64,000 nucleotides of DNA from the human T2T-CHM13v2.0 reference genome, Homo sapiens, in the NCBI RefSeq assembly GCF_009914755.1, contig NC_060931.1, one strand, 5' to 3'. A program made the translations under genes and the position numbers. Position 1 is the first letter of the stretch, and each line of letters starts with the position of its first letter. A model generated the notes under the pieces. That model worked only from the letters and a program-made list of their open reading frames with translations, did no database searches and was not told the DNA's origin. Below, piece after piece: positions 16,801 to 29,375 of the stretch.

Positions 16801-18160
16801 CCGTGCTTTCTCTCTCTCACTCTGAATGATGACTTAAGTACACTTGCTTTACAGGGGAACCGCAACCATAGCCAAAAGGACCACGGCTAGCAAACATCAA
16901 ACTTTTATTTCCATCTAGAGGTCACATACAGATACATACAAGTTTGTTTCAACTTCTGCCATGTCGTCTTTTTCATTTTTACTTTTTAGTTGGGAGGTAA
17001 CTAAATTGATTATTCTTTTGATATCATACTAAGATATTTAAAACAGGCCTGTTCACTAACAAGAAAGACATTTCTTTTTCTTCGTGTTTTAAATTTAAGA
17101 ACACAAACATAAACAACTTTAGTTAATATATAAATGTCCTTTGTCCATATTTCACTACCTTTATTTTCTTTCATGACATTTTATAGATGAAAAATGCATT
17201 TGCAGACAAACAATTACATATTATACAGTGGTATCTTGAGAGCTATGTTGCAAGATTTACACTGATTTCCAGGAAGTCTTCCAATGACGTATGCTCTGAA
17301 TTATAGGAGTCCAAACTAACTAGGATTTCCAAAGTCCAGCAGTAGGGTAAATCAGCTTTACAGCCTATTATACCTTAATAATTGAAAGGGATCTTCACAT
17401 GCTAAATCCAGATAAAACACTTCAAAACAACACACCTACCAGCAATCTGATTTTTGATATAAAAATGTTTCAGAGATAACAACAGAAATGCCTCTAGCCA
17501 TCCCCTGGAATCATATAATATTCTAGGCACTGGGTTACCAGGCATTTTCCAGGGCTTTGAGCAAATTGTTCTAATCATAAAGATGATCTGCTTACAAATA
17601 TTTTCATCAGGTGCTTTTCATACACATCATTTTTGTGTTTCCACATGCCTGTTTTCAGATTGGCTTCCTGACCAGGAGCTAGAGAATTCCTGGAGTTGTG
17701 CCTCTGCCCCATTCTCTATAAAACAGTTCCCATACATGCAGACTCCCTTTGACTCTGAAGGCCAAACACACAGCCACCAAAATAGGAGCTATTAAAAAAC
17801 CAAACCAAACCAAAACAAGAAAAACCACCTTACAACCTCACATGAGACATAACCAACTTGATTAGACAACCTGTCAAAATTTATTGTCACTGACAATCTT
17901 AGGGCAACAATAACAAATAGGAGGAGGGAAAAAAAAGACTCAAACCAAGGGGAAAAAATCTTCATCAAGAAATAACAAAACCATATTTCAACTTACTGCA
18001 ACCTAGACAATCTTCCCTTCATAAAGTCAGGGGAGCCTTCAGAATTTAAGACATCAGGGCTCCTGTCAGGAATACGGATGAAAGACCCAGGGTACTTTCA
18101 TAAAGAAGCAAAGTTGTATTTCCAGGTTCACTAGGTTATGGGAGAAAAATATGTTACTAA
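13825..18160 (-). other. HYCC1: HYCC1 3'UTR (~4.3 kb; distal end approximate)
   Basis: AT-rich, nearly repeat-free sequence after the stop codon up to the AATAAA at 13845-13850; one MER5 relic at ~15940-16075. Confidence 0.7.
13845..13850 (-). terminator. Probable distal polyadenylation signal (AATAAA) of HYCC1
   Basis: tttatt on the + strand; upstream UGUA elements; lies where repeat-poor UTR-like sequence gives way to repeat-rich flank. Confidence 0.65.
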
Positions 18161-18735
18161 TTAATCTGTGGACAGAGTAATGCTAATACTAGGAGGTCTC
18201 TGCTGACCTGATTGATGCTTCATTGGAAGTTCAGTTCTTTCTGAAACGTAAATAAGCTTTTCTTCTTGGAGACTACAAGCGGAAAACCTATTGGCATCTG
18301 TCCCAGCCCCACAACCAACAGCAGATGACGGGTTATGTGGGACTGTGACACCACTGACTTGTTCAAAGGATTTACTAAATACAGTCGCTGCGGTCTTAGC
18401 CAAACCATGGCTACTAGGCTTAGGTAGGGATTGGCTGGTTGTTAAAGTAAGTCTCTTCAAAGAGAGAAGCTCAAGATTCTCACTTTGGGCTCTCTGAGTT
18501 TGTTTTCGAGCAAAGTGATCTTTGCAAGATTCCCCTGTAGTTTCTTTTTCTTTTCCTCCAGTTTTGCTTCCTCCTGACCGTCTGTGGTTCTTTCCTATAC
18601 TTGGCTTGTTACTACAATTGTGACTACTGTTTGATAAACCCGACTGGCTGGTACTAGACGCAGCCCTGGAATAAAATCCCTCGTCAACTTCAGATATCTC
18701 CATCAGTTCTTCTTGACCTGTTAATTCTGTATTTC
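18161..18735 (-). CDS. HYCC1: Hyccin last coding exon (exon 11; aa 331-521, disordered tail with PSISIT)
   Basis: Acceptor tttgtttag|GAAAT (AG at 18737-18736); phase 1; [10 protein letters not shown]...[11 protein letters not shown]; 575 nt completes the 1566-nt CDS. Confidence 0.97.
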
Positions 18736-19435
18736 CTAAACAAAGAAATGACAAAGATTAATTAACATTAAGTATTTTAAGCAATCTTTTTAAATGATTA
18801 ACACCAAATCAGTTATGCTTCACATAAATTAAGCTTTAGCATAATTTATAAAGCAACAGATTATAGAAAATCAAAGGATAAATCAAAACATTTATTATAA
18901 AATGTCAAAAATAGTTCACTGTAATTAAATGACAGTAATTTATAGTGTATTAAACAAAAAGCATGCCATAAACCATACCCCATTAAGTTTTTAGAAAGAA
19001 TTCTCCTATTCATGCAAAAGATAAGAAACAATTAGAAATATCACGCAGTAAAACTAGGGGTGAACTCTCCTTCAGTAGCAAAGCAGTATAAAATCAAAGC
19101 TCTTACCAAGGAACTTTTAAAAAATTGGTATTAGAATACTTTAAAGACTTTTTTAGAAGGTTGTACTCTATATTGTAGATTATTTTATCAAATTAAAAAA
19201 ATCTAGACTCTAAATATCACAAGCTCAAACATAAAATTCTATACACATTATCCTTCATAACAAAGATGGCAAAAAGACAAAGCCGAAAAAGTAATTTTAG
19301 AACTCCAAACATAAGCAGAAAATTATTTTAGAAGGAATTTTCTGCCTCAGTTTTCATAAAAATTTACTCAAAGACGATAAAGGTATAATCATTCCAAAGA
19401 GCATTAAGAGTCATTGAGAAATGTGGTGCATAATT

Positions 19436-19498
19436 CATGCATTTGGATTAGATTACATGCAAAATTTTTGTGACTGTGCAACTGCTGCTTAACATGCA
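19436..19498 (-). promoter_or_regulatory. Cluster of three RBFOX-binding TGCATG motifs downstream of the alternative exon
   Basis: catgca on + at 19436-19441, 19456-19461 and 19493-19498; a fourth at 19011-19016. Confidence 0.75.
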
Positions 19499-19550
19499 TC
19501 AGTGGCCCTTTGCCTTAAGATACCTTGGAGTGCAGTTATAAAGTGCTCTG

Positions 19551-19819
19551 CTAAAACTGCACTCTGCCAGGTGAGTTTATTCCATCCTCCATCATTTTTC
19601 TTACAGATTTTTGCCTCCTGATCTCTGGCAAGCCTTTGCTCTCAGTTCTAGGATCTGTGGCTGTTTCCTGCACACCCTGTATATGCTGAGCATCAATCTC
19701 TCCTAGTGTTCTGCCTTTTTCCCCATTCCCGGTTCTCTCTCCGGCCACATTTGTGACACTAATCTCAGGAATGACAAGGATGCCCAATTCAGTAGCATCA
19801 TTATTGTTGTCAGGTTGCT
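19551..19819 (-). CDS. HYCC1: Alternative hyccin C-terminal exon (exon 19524-19819, 296 nt) giving a 419-aa isoform ending ...SPGRVQF*
   Basis: Acceptor ttcaattctag|AG with ~70-nt AG-free pyrimidine zone; phase 1 matches exon 10; 89 open codons; donor AAG|gtatct at 19523. Confidence 0.85.
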
Positions 19820-20954
19820 CTAGAATTGAAGATGATAAGACAAAATGATGGATGAAAACAAAACAAAAACGTGAAATGAGAAAAGCAAAAGACTCAAAAC
19901 AAAAATTAGATGACTGAATGTTATGAATTAAGCCAAATATTTGCACTGTAGTAATTTCCATAATTTATAATACTCTGATAGCACCAGAGACAATAGGGTC
20001 ATATTCTTTAATTTTAAATGACAAACAAAAAATTCACAGAGCATCAATTCACGTTCTGCATTTTTTCACACACACATTTCACATGGAATATGAAAGATAA
20101 ATTTTCTAATAAATCAAAATAAAATTTGTTTTTAAATTGTTCTTTTTGTGTTCTTTGGGTAATTTTCTAGTGTTTTTAAGATAATATGGTGACCACCTGA
20201 ATTTATGTCAAGTCTTAGGCAAATGTTCAAGGATCTACAGCCAAACCTTTAGCTTTTGTCAACATTAGGAACCAAGCCACACAGAAGTTCCCCTTTGTAC
20301 TCTTAAAATTCTAGTTTTTTTATGAGGCTACATTGAGACTGACTTAATAAACCATGATATTTGGGAAAATGCTTATTCATATATGATATCATGGTTAGTA
20401 ATGGCACAGGTATAGTTTTTGTCTCACATATACATCATCTATTATTAACAGTAAGTATTAATGTGGCTGTGATATAGTTAAGCAGTTGATTTATTCAGAC
20501 TCATACCAATTTCATAAATTTAGTTCATTACTAGACTAGAGAAAAATAAAAATGGATTTGGAAAAACAAATTCGTTGTCAGCCCTTTATCTGAAAACAGC
20601 CATTATAAATGAAACAAAGAAACAAAACTCCTAACTAGTTAATACCTGTAGACATGATTTTATTCTGGTCTTAAATAAGAAAGGCATAATGTTACAAGGA
20701 GTTATTCATGTAAATGGGGAAAAGTAACATAAATATACCTAGAAGGTGACAGTAGTGAAACAAAGTTCAAAGCAACATAAGACTATGTAAAACAGCATAT
20801 ACTTTTTAAAAACTGTAGACCACAAACCTGCTTATGGGACATCACCTACTATTTTCAAATACTTTCGTGATAGGATTATCAGACTCCCACTAATGATGCT
20901 AAAGGCTGAGAAACAGCAACAGGTAGTAAAAGAACAAAGGCCAGAGCCACATAT

Positions 20955-21132
20955 TACTGTGGTTCCCTAACTTAGCTGCACATTGGTATCACCTGAGCAT
21001 CTTTAAAAACTACTGATGCCTGGCTCCAACCCCCAAACATTCTAATTTATAATTAGTGTGAGATATGACCTGGGCATAAGATTTTTAAAAGCCCCAGGTG
21101 ACTAACGTGTAACAAAGTCTGGGAACCACTGC
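20955..21132. mobile_element. MER5-type MITE
   Basis: ctgcacattggtatcacctgagcatctttaaaaactactgatgcc...gggaaccactg. Confidence 0.65.
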
Positions 21133-24100
21133 TCTATTCTGATTCTTTCAAATTTTAAAAACTTAAGATAAAAGTTGTTACGGGTGCCTTGGATACTCCA
21201 TACCCAGCAGCAATATGCACTTCTGGGAGCCCCTCCTCAAAGCTTCATGGTGCCTCGCACTGCTGAGCCAACATGCTGGTGTAATTATTTCCCCTAAATT
21301 AGTGCTTCATAGGCTTTTGACTAAAGGTTCTCTAAGTGAAGTTTTTATTTCCTAGATAGGCTGAAGAATGTTGGTGAGGTAGTAGTGCACTGCTGCTTCT
21401 GGGTGCTCTGTAATAAAGGATTAATGAAACTAAAAACCTCCAACCAAGCCTGTTTCCAATTGCTAACAACTGTCTTCCAAGTTAGGGCAAATAAATTCTT
21501 ATTGAGGTACATGCCAGAGGTCACTGCAACTGAGATAAAATCGCCATGGCACTGTGGAGTGACAGCCAAGACTTGTTTATTTACATTGTGGAAGCTGTTT
21601 CACAAAAGATCTACTAAAGGGATCTCCAGTCCAAAAAAAATCAAACTTCGGAAATTATCCAGACATAAAAAAGGCAATGAATATTAAAATTTAATAAAAT
21701 TTTAAAAGCTAAGCATAGGCCTAATAGAATACAGAACAATACTTACAATGAATTGCCCTAAGTCGCTTTCTTGAGAGTGTTCACATATATTATTCAATTG
21801 TAATCTCAAAACAATCTATTAGTGAGCCTCTGAAGTAGGCAATTTGATTCCCATTTACAGACAAGGAAACTGAAGTTCAGGAAGAGCTACACAACTATTC
21901 AGTGGGGGAAGCTAACCAGTAAAATCTTTTAACTTCAAATGTCTCTTCTAACATACTATAAATACTAACTCTAACTCTTCATTCGAGTCCGTTTGAGTTA
22001 AATATCCTCTGACATCCCACAGTTAGGTTTAATTTATTCATGTAGATTCCTGGCCATTTTACAAAAAGCAAACAATTTACTTTGAATGGAGAGCTGGAGA
22101 AAATAAAAGTCTGGAAGAAATCCTAGGAAAGTAATAATTCTTGAGTTTAGGTCTGTGTTTTTTTTTAATTGGGTCAATTTTTTAAGAGATGCCAATGAAA
22201 GCTGTTAATCTAAAGTGGTGCTTCAATGGCAGAAATTCAGGATTTTGCAAGAAAAACTAGAAAATGACAGGGAGAATATTACATAAAGCAGTACCACGCA
22301 ACTGAAATGTAATCACTTTTATCAGAATAAAGGTCTGCAGCCCAAGAAGTAATGATATTACATTTAAAAAAATCATGGAATTAAATGGCAAGTAGAAAAA
22401 TAAGATCATGTGTTTTCCCACAAGCATAAGTCTTTACCTAATTAATTGATACTTGTTATCACTCAAAAATGGTTAACAATGGCAGATTTTTTAAACTGCT
22501 TATTAAATTTATAAGAAGAGCAAGTAATTCTGTACAGAGCTAGAAAGAACAGAAACATAATTCTCAGGAAAACTACAGAATAAAGAAAGATAATTAAGTA
22601 ATCCAAACAAACATTTGTTACCTAATCTTGCTCTCTATCAGCTCTCCAACTTCTTTCCCTATATAACTCTGTGACCCGACATTCCCACCCACACTGTCTT
22701 ACTGCTGTCCTGGCTGCTGTCTTCTCCTGGTGGCTGAATGGCTCATTTCCTTACTTCACATCTTTTTCAAAAATTTCCTTTACAGTGAAGTCTCCCTTGG
22801 TCAACCCATCCAAAGTTTTAATAGCCCCCACGTTTCACATACCCTCTTCCTTTTTTCTTCTTCTTAGCACTTAACACTCTCTAACCTACAATTATTTATT
22901 TATCTTGTTTCCTAGACCTAAGTTCCATGAGGAAGGAGATTTTAAAATTTTCATCTAGTCACTACTATGTATCTAGTACCTGGAAAAGTAGCTTGTATAC
23001 AGTAGACACTCAATACATCTTTTTTTGATGAATTGAGTGAATATTCTGTTATGAGATTAAATTATTAGAATAAATAAAAGTGAGAAAACATACAGAAGAC
23101 ATGAGAAGGGTAAGCTGTGAATGTGTTACTTGACTGGATAAATGAAATACATATAGCTTATGCTAATAAGAATTTTTACATGGCAAAGAAAAGCAAAGCC
23201 TCTTTGTTTTGGAAAAGTGAAGGAGCCGTCTCTAAATGTAGGTTTAGCAAGATGCTTAGGTCAAAAAGATCATTTTTAAAATCTATTTTTTTATTATGTT
23301 ATCCAGAGGATGGCATATATAGCTAAAGAGTAGAACTTAATCCTTTCTTTAAGAAAATTATATAGAAGATGCTGTAAGGGAATATAAATGCATAATAAAA
23401 TAGATTTTGTTTTTCCCAGAACTTAACAATCTATGCAAATGGAGTCATGATTAATCCACACCTTAAAAAAAAAACAAAAAACAAGTACTTGACTTCAAAT
23501 AATTCAAAAAGCTCAAAAAAGATCCAAAAAGAAACTTCTCAGGATATATTTTATTTGTGTAACCCCCTATATGCACAAATAGGTAAACTCTCCACATGTA
23601 GAAATGAAAGTTAAAGAATACTTTTAATAGACATTTCCAAATTAGTTCTCAAAGGTACTCAAATAATTTTGCCCAAAAAAATTTCTTCCAGCTTTAAGAA
23701 AAAAAGTGAAGCAAATTGCAAATATTATTAAAACTGATGACGAAAAGTTGTGATTTCTCTCAAATGTCATTTTATAATCCCAAATATCTATTTTATTATG
23801 TCACTTACAAAACCACCTTAGCTTTTGCTTTTATTTGTTTTATGGCTGCCATATTTACTAAAGGTGAGAATTTTAATAAAAGAATAATTTATTTATTCAT
23901 AGAATTTATACATCTCTGTACTCAGATTACTTTGAGTCTAAAGGCATCTGGCTCTGACATGGGGTGCTTACAAACTTATTTGTGAAAATAATAAGCTGAA
24001 GCTTTAAAAATATAATTTATTATTTGTCTGCATCATACAATTTTTTACATGAATTATGAAAAATACTTTAACTTAGAATAAACCCCAAAACAAAGTCATA

Positions 24101-24609
24101 CACATTCTTTTACAATTTATGAGATGTAGATATTTTAAATGCCATACCAGAACAAATATCCTTTAATATAGTCATTTTATGTTTATAATATATTCTGTTC
24201 AATGGAGAAAAATGTTATCTGTATTCATTAAGCTATTCCTTACAGTGTTATTTATAATAGCAAAACTCAGAAACAAATTTCTTAACATATTAGAAGAATG
24301 ATTAAGCAAATGATGGAATATTAACTCAATGTGATATCATGTAGCCATTAAAATAACTGTATTTACTAGGAGAACTAGGGAAAATGTCTGACAATATTAA
24401 CTAAACAAAAACAAAATACCAAAAAAGTTTAAATAGAGTACAACCATGAAAACATACATGCATAGAAAAAACTAAATGAAAATTCTTTAAATACTGGAAT
24501 TATAAGTAAATATCCCCTAATCTAGTTTACTATCATGTTGTTATACTGTTCTTCAACAAAACAAGAAAAGAAAGAACAACTTGCTCACCCTATGTTATAC
24601 ATTTCTTTA

Positions 24610-25190
24610 TCATTCACTCACTTATTCATGCATTCAACTGAAATTTGTTGAGCACCTATAATATGTCAGACATTGATTTAGATGCTGGGGATACAACAGC
24701 CAAAAAGATAGATTCTTCCCTCACTATATAATAAGGGAACAGAGCTCACACTGTAATATCGGAACCAAGTAAACAAGATAATTTAAATAGCAGAAAATGC
24801 AATAAAAAAATAAGATGGGAAAGAGGAAGTAGGGTAATAGGGGATAAAAGTACTTAGATGGGTGGTCTGGGAAAACCTCTTTGAAGAAGAGATGTTTAAG
24901 CTGAGGTTTGAATGATGAAAAACTGCTAGCCACACAACAATCTGGAGTAAGGGAAGTCAACATACCTTTCACTATTCAAATTTCAGCTCAAATACTCCAA
25001 ATAACTAGACAATGCCCCTAAGGCAGAATGGCTTAGTACGTTGAAGTGTTAGAATGAAGGAGTCTAATGAACCAGGGTGAGAGTGGTCTTAAAGTGAGGT
25101 CAAAGCAGTAGTCAAGAGGTCATATCACCAGGATCACATATGCCATAGCACGAAGTCTGGATTTTATTGTGATTACAGTGGATGGCCAGT
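24610..25190 (-). mobile_element. L2 fragment
   Basis: cattcactcacttattcatgcattcaac...tttgttgagcacctataatatgtcagacattg, antisense L2 3' end. Confidence 0.7.
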
Positions 25191-28100
25191 GACAGCTACA
25201 TGAAAAAACTATTTGCATATCTTTCATACTTTACTAGCCTTTTTTATCAATAGAAGTCACATTCGCGTAACACAAGATACTGAGCATAAACTGTGTCCCA
25301 AGTCATAAAGAATAGCACTGTGGCAATGCTTAACCTGGGCCAGTATTTACAAGGCAGATTAGAGGAAAACAAAGCTATCACAGAAACACAGGATGGGACC
25401 CTGCAGTTAAAGGGCTGCACTCTGAGCAAGGGCAAAAACAAAGACTAAGATGTCAAAATCTGAGCTCTGAAGCAGTAAGTAGTCTTTCTAGGTAAGAAAA
25501 GAGCAGCCTGGGGCATACAGAAAAACAGTCTGGAACAAGACAATTTGTATAGACACACCAGTTAGGAGCTATCAGCAGTTTCCATAAGAGATAAACAGTC
25601 AGATCTTTAGCTTTAGTTGTATACATGGTAAATGACAGAATTCTCCTTATTGAGGTGGATTCAATTACTCTCAGTAACTCCTTTTGTCATCTTTATTAAG
25701 TCTCAAGTTTTAAATAAAATCCAATAGAGAATTGCAACATACGGCCGCTGCAGGACCAGGTGAATCCTTTATGATTATTACAGATCCTCATGACCACGTA
25801 GCACAGACCAAAAACAGGTCAGCAACACCTATTACAAAACTACCTGTAAAAGCTTATTTCTTCCTTGGTGTGCAATGTGCAGCAAATGCTCATAAAAAGG
25901 TGGAGAAAGGAGGAGTGCTCAATAATCAATAATAAAAAATAATAACTTTCTTAACTACAGCAAGATTTATGTAAGTCCCCCTTAGTAAAAATGTAGAATA
26001 CAATAATTTACGAACAAGTTTTTTTGCCTCATGAGACCAATAATTCTGTCTCTGGCTGGAAAATTTTTTAACTTCATTTTACCTGGAAATAAAATGAGAT
26101 TTTTTGTTTTCCTCAAAAATTGTCTAAGTCAGGATTCTGTACACAGTCTTTCTTTCCTCTCTCAAACTTAATATCCACATGTGTCAAACATATCAATGTA
26201 TTTCAGCTCTTTGGTTAATATGTCTTTTTTCCTTGAGTAATCTAATATTTCCTAATATTTTATTTTGTCCTCCATGGAAGTTCCACATTGAAAATGCCAG
26301 TTAAAATTCACAAAATTTTTGGTAAGAAAGAAATGCTTATTTTTGTCCAAATGTTTTATCTTCTATATTGGGAAAGAAAATCTGTTCCTCAAATAGCATT
26401 TTAGAATCTGAAAGTAATGGAGCTTCTCAAAATGATACTAAAAGTATTTACATTTTTTAAAATAAAACTGCCAGATAATTTTTTATTTTCTAAATTTCCT
26501 TAATAAGTATAGACAACCTTTAAAATAAAAACATACACATTATAAATTTTTAATTGCCGATGTAAAAATCATTCCAATAGACAATTCTGTAAAGTTTACT
26601 ACTTTGGGGTTTAAAATTATTACCATTTCTTTGTTTTTCAAAATGCTTCTTAACTGTTAGCAACTTTATTTCTCCTCAACTGAAGACTTTTCTCATAGTT
26701 GTAAAATCAGATTTACAAAATAAATGTTCCATTTCAAGATTTATTACCATTTACCTTTTGTAATATCTAGAAAGACAACCTTAAATGCTTAAAAATATTT
26801 ATAAACAATTATTATTTATAATATTTACTAAAATACACCCATTATAATTTTTCAGATTTGTTCAATAATTAGTACTTCCTTGCTTTATCAATGTTATTAT
26901 ACAGCAGAAATTTATTAGAATTTTCTAAATCAATAACCAGTTTTAAATGTTTTCCGATATGAATTGCAATCTTTTATTCTTTTCTTTTTTCATCTAACAA
27001 GCTAGTACTAAACCACTGAATAAGCAAATTATGAAACAAATCACTTTTTTGTTTTTTTTAAATCTCTTTGAACTCTGTTATAATCATTTAACTTTATTTA
27101 AATATGATGGCATCCATTAAAGAGAAGCAATTATTTTAAATGCTGAAAAATGCAATAAAACTGCTTTAACAACATGAAACTGTACTTTCTTTTTATTTCA
27201 ACTACATAAATTTCATTTAGTCTGATTGTTCACATAAACACTGCATATAATTAAATATTCTAAAATTCTTGCAGTACTTATTTTGCATCATTAAGTTAGA
27301 AGACTTAGAAATATATACAGTTGCTACTTTTAATTCTTTTTTACTACTTAAAATTTTGTACTCTTGGATCCCCTAACTGAAAATAATTAAATGCACTGTT
27401 ATTAAAATAAACCATTTAACATCTGCCAGGACCAAAAGTAGGGAAACATTGAAAGTATCTTGTTTATAAACATTCCTTTTATTATTGATACCTACTAGTT
27501 GCAAACAGTTATAACTGTACATAAATAAGAAACATAAATTTTGTCTATGTAATTTCTATTTTTATATTAACTTGGGATTGAAACAATAACAACATTTTTA
27601 AAATCCTTACTGTAATAGTGATATACACGTTAGATAATAAAGTTAGAGTACTATACTCCAGTATCACAGAACATACAAAAAATCTTTAAAGTAATTGTTA
27701 CTATTATATAACGTGTATTTTTGCATTTGATGCTATACTCAAACTAAACAAGTTTAACTCAAATTGAGAAAATCCAAATTACAAGTTTCAAAAACTTACA
27801 GTTTTGGGAAAGTACTAAAGAATCACAGGACAACTTGAATAGCAAACTAGCTAATAAAAACTTATTAAGAATATACTTATTTTGTAGCTAGTAAAACAAA
27901 CAAAACTGTTCTTAATTAATAATCTACCTTTATGTAGTGCTTTAAAGTATACCAAATGTTTTCACTTACTTGTCTCATTATCTCACAAAGGCACAAGTGG
28001 GAAGAATGATGGGCAGCAATAAAAAAATCGAGATTCCACTGGATAAGCCTTTTGATTAGTTGGCAAAAAATATAAGCACTCATTATTTGGAACTATAACT

Positions 28101-29214
28101 TAATTAGGGGACTTTTATAGAATGAATGACTAGTATTACAATAACTATTTTGAAAGAAAGGAGGAAATCTCTTACATTGTTCCAAGTATGGATAATTTCT
28201 TAAAAAGTGGAAGAAGAATGAGTAATCATGGTAGTAGTAGTTGTCGTGAACAGAGAGAAAATAGCAATTAGATTTGCTCTAGAAAAGGAGGAAGGAATGG
28301 AAAAACACAAGGAAATAAACAAGTATAAATTGTATACTAGAATACTGGAGTGGTAGAGAACTTTTCAGGGACTTAAGAAAAGGGGCTTTTTAAAATAGCT
28401 GAAATGGTAGATGATGAAGGTATCTTTGGAAACGACATTTAAGAATGACTATAGAATTAAAGCATAATTATAAAGAAATAACTTTCTATTTTCCTTTAAC
28501 TTCTTTTTATTTTTAAAAGGAAATAAATATTTAAGCAAAATTGAATTTTAATGATTAACTTGAAAAATTAATGAATTATTTTACTAAATTTTATCTCATT
28601 TTTCTTACTGGAATTTTCATTTTGACTTTTATTATGGTCATAATCTATTCAGTCTTCTCTAAACTTATTGAATGCTTTTTAAAGCTTATTTTATTATTAT
28701 CTTTCTCCCACTATGTTTTACTTTCAAATTATGACTTCTAGACAGCCCTCAATTTGTAGGTGACTTGAAAATCTATGTTTGAAAAAATACACCTTTGCCT
28801 TGAATTATTTGCCATCTATAGACTAAATTAAACACAATACGCATAAAAGAATAAGCAACACATAAAGCTTTTAATTCTGAAATTATGTTCCTTAAAAGTC
28901 GAAAGCAGCAATTCTACACTGTAATTTTATTTCCCAAACATATTTACTGACATAAAATTATGAAGTCATTAGAATTTTCTCAAAGATTTAAACACAAAGT
29001 TTAAAAAATTTGAAAAACACATTAAGTTAAGCCATGTCCATACAATTGTTTAACTTAAACTGAAAAGTGGGGCAAATCAAGCAAACACACCATTAGTTGT
29101 CAAACAGATCTCTCCAAAATAATACCTCAGTTAAAACCAACCTTTCTTTAAAAATCATCCTATTTAATTGACATGAGGATGCACTGTCTGGTCAAAATTT
29201 AAATTATAGGTCCT

Positions 29215-29375
29215 TACAAACGTACCACTCTGGTGCGGGATGTTGATATACTGGGGGAGGCTATGAATGTGGGGTCATGAGGTATTTAAGAACTCTCTTA
29301 TTTTCCACTCAATTTGGCTGTTAACCTAAAACTGCTCTAAAAAATAAAGTTTACTAAAAAAATAAAAATAAAAAA
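29215..29375 (+). mobile_element. L1MC-type 3' end fragment
   Basis: gtaccactctggtgcgggatgttgata...aacctaaaactgctctaaaaaataaagt plus A-rich tail. Confidence 0.75.

Noticed and set aside
19820-19961. N-terminal part of ORF 19551-19961 (and of ORF 18161-18754 above 18735)
   Set aside because: Intronic polypyrimidine tract that happens to be open; coding begins at the splice acceptors
21375-21386. tgaggtagtagt, identical to the 5' end of let-7g/i
   Set aside because: The rest of the mature sequence and a hairpin partner are absent, so it is not a miRNA gene; a 12-nt match may be chance and would matter only if the 21204/21352-21407 exon is real
25732-25960. Possible exon around aagcttttacag|gtagtt and a small CpG-containing patch
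   Set aside because: Weak pyrimidine tract and early stops in phase 1; no coherent exon could be defined
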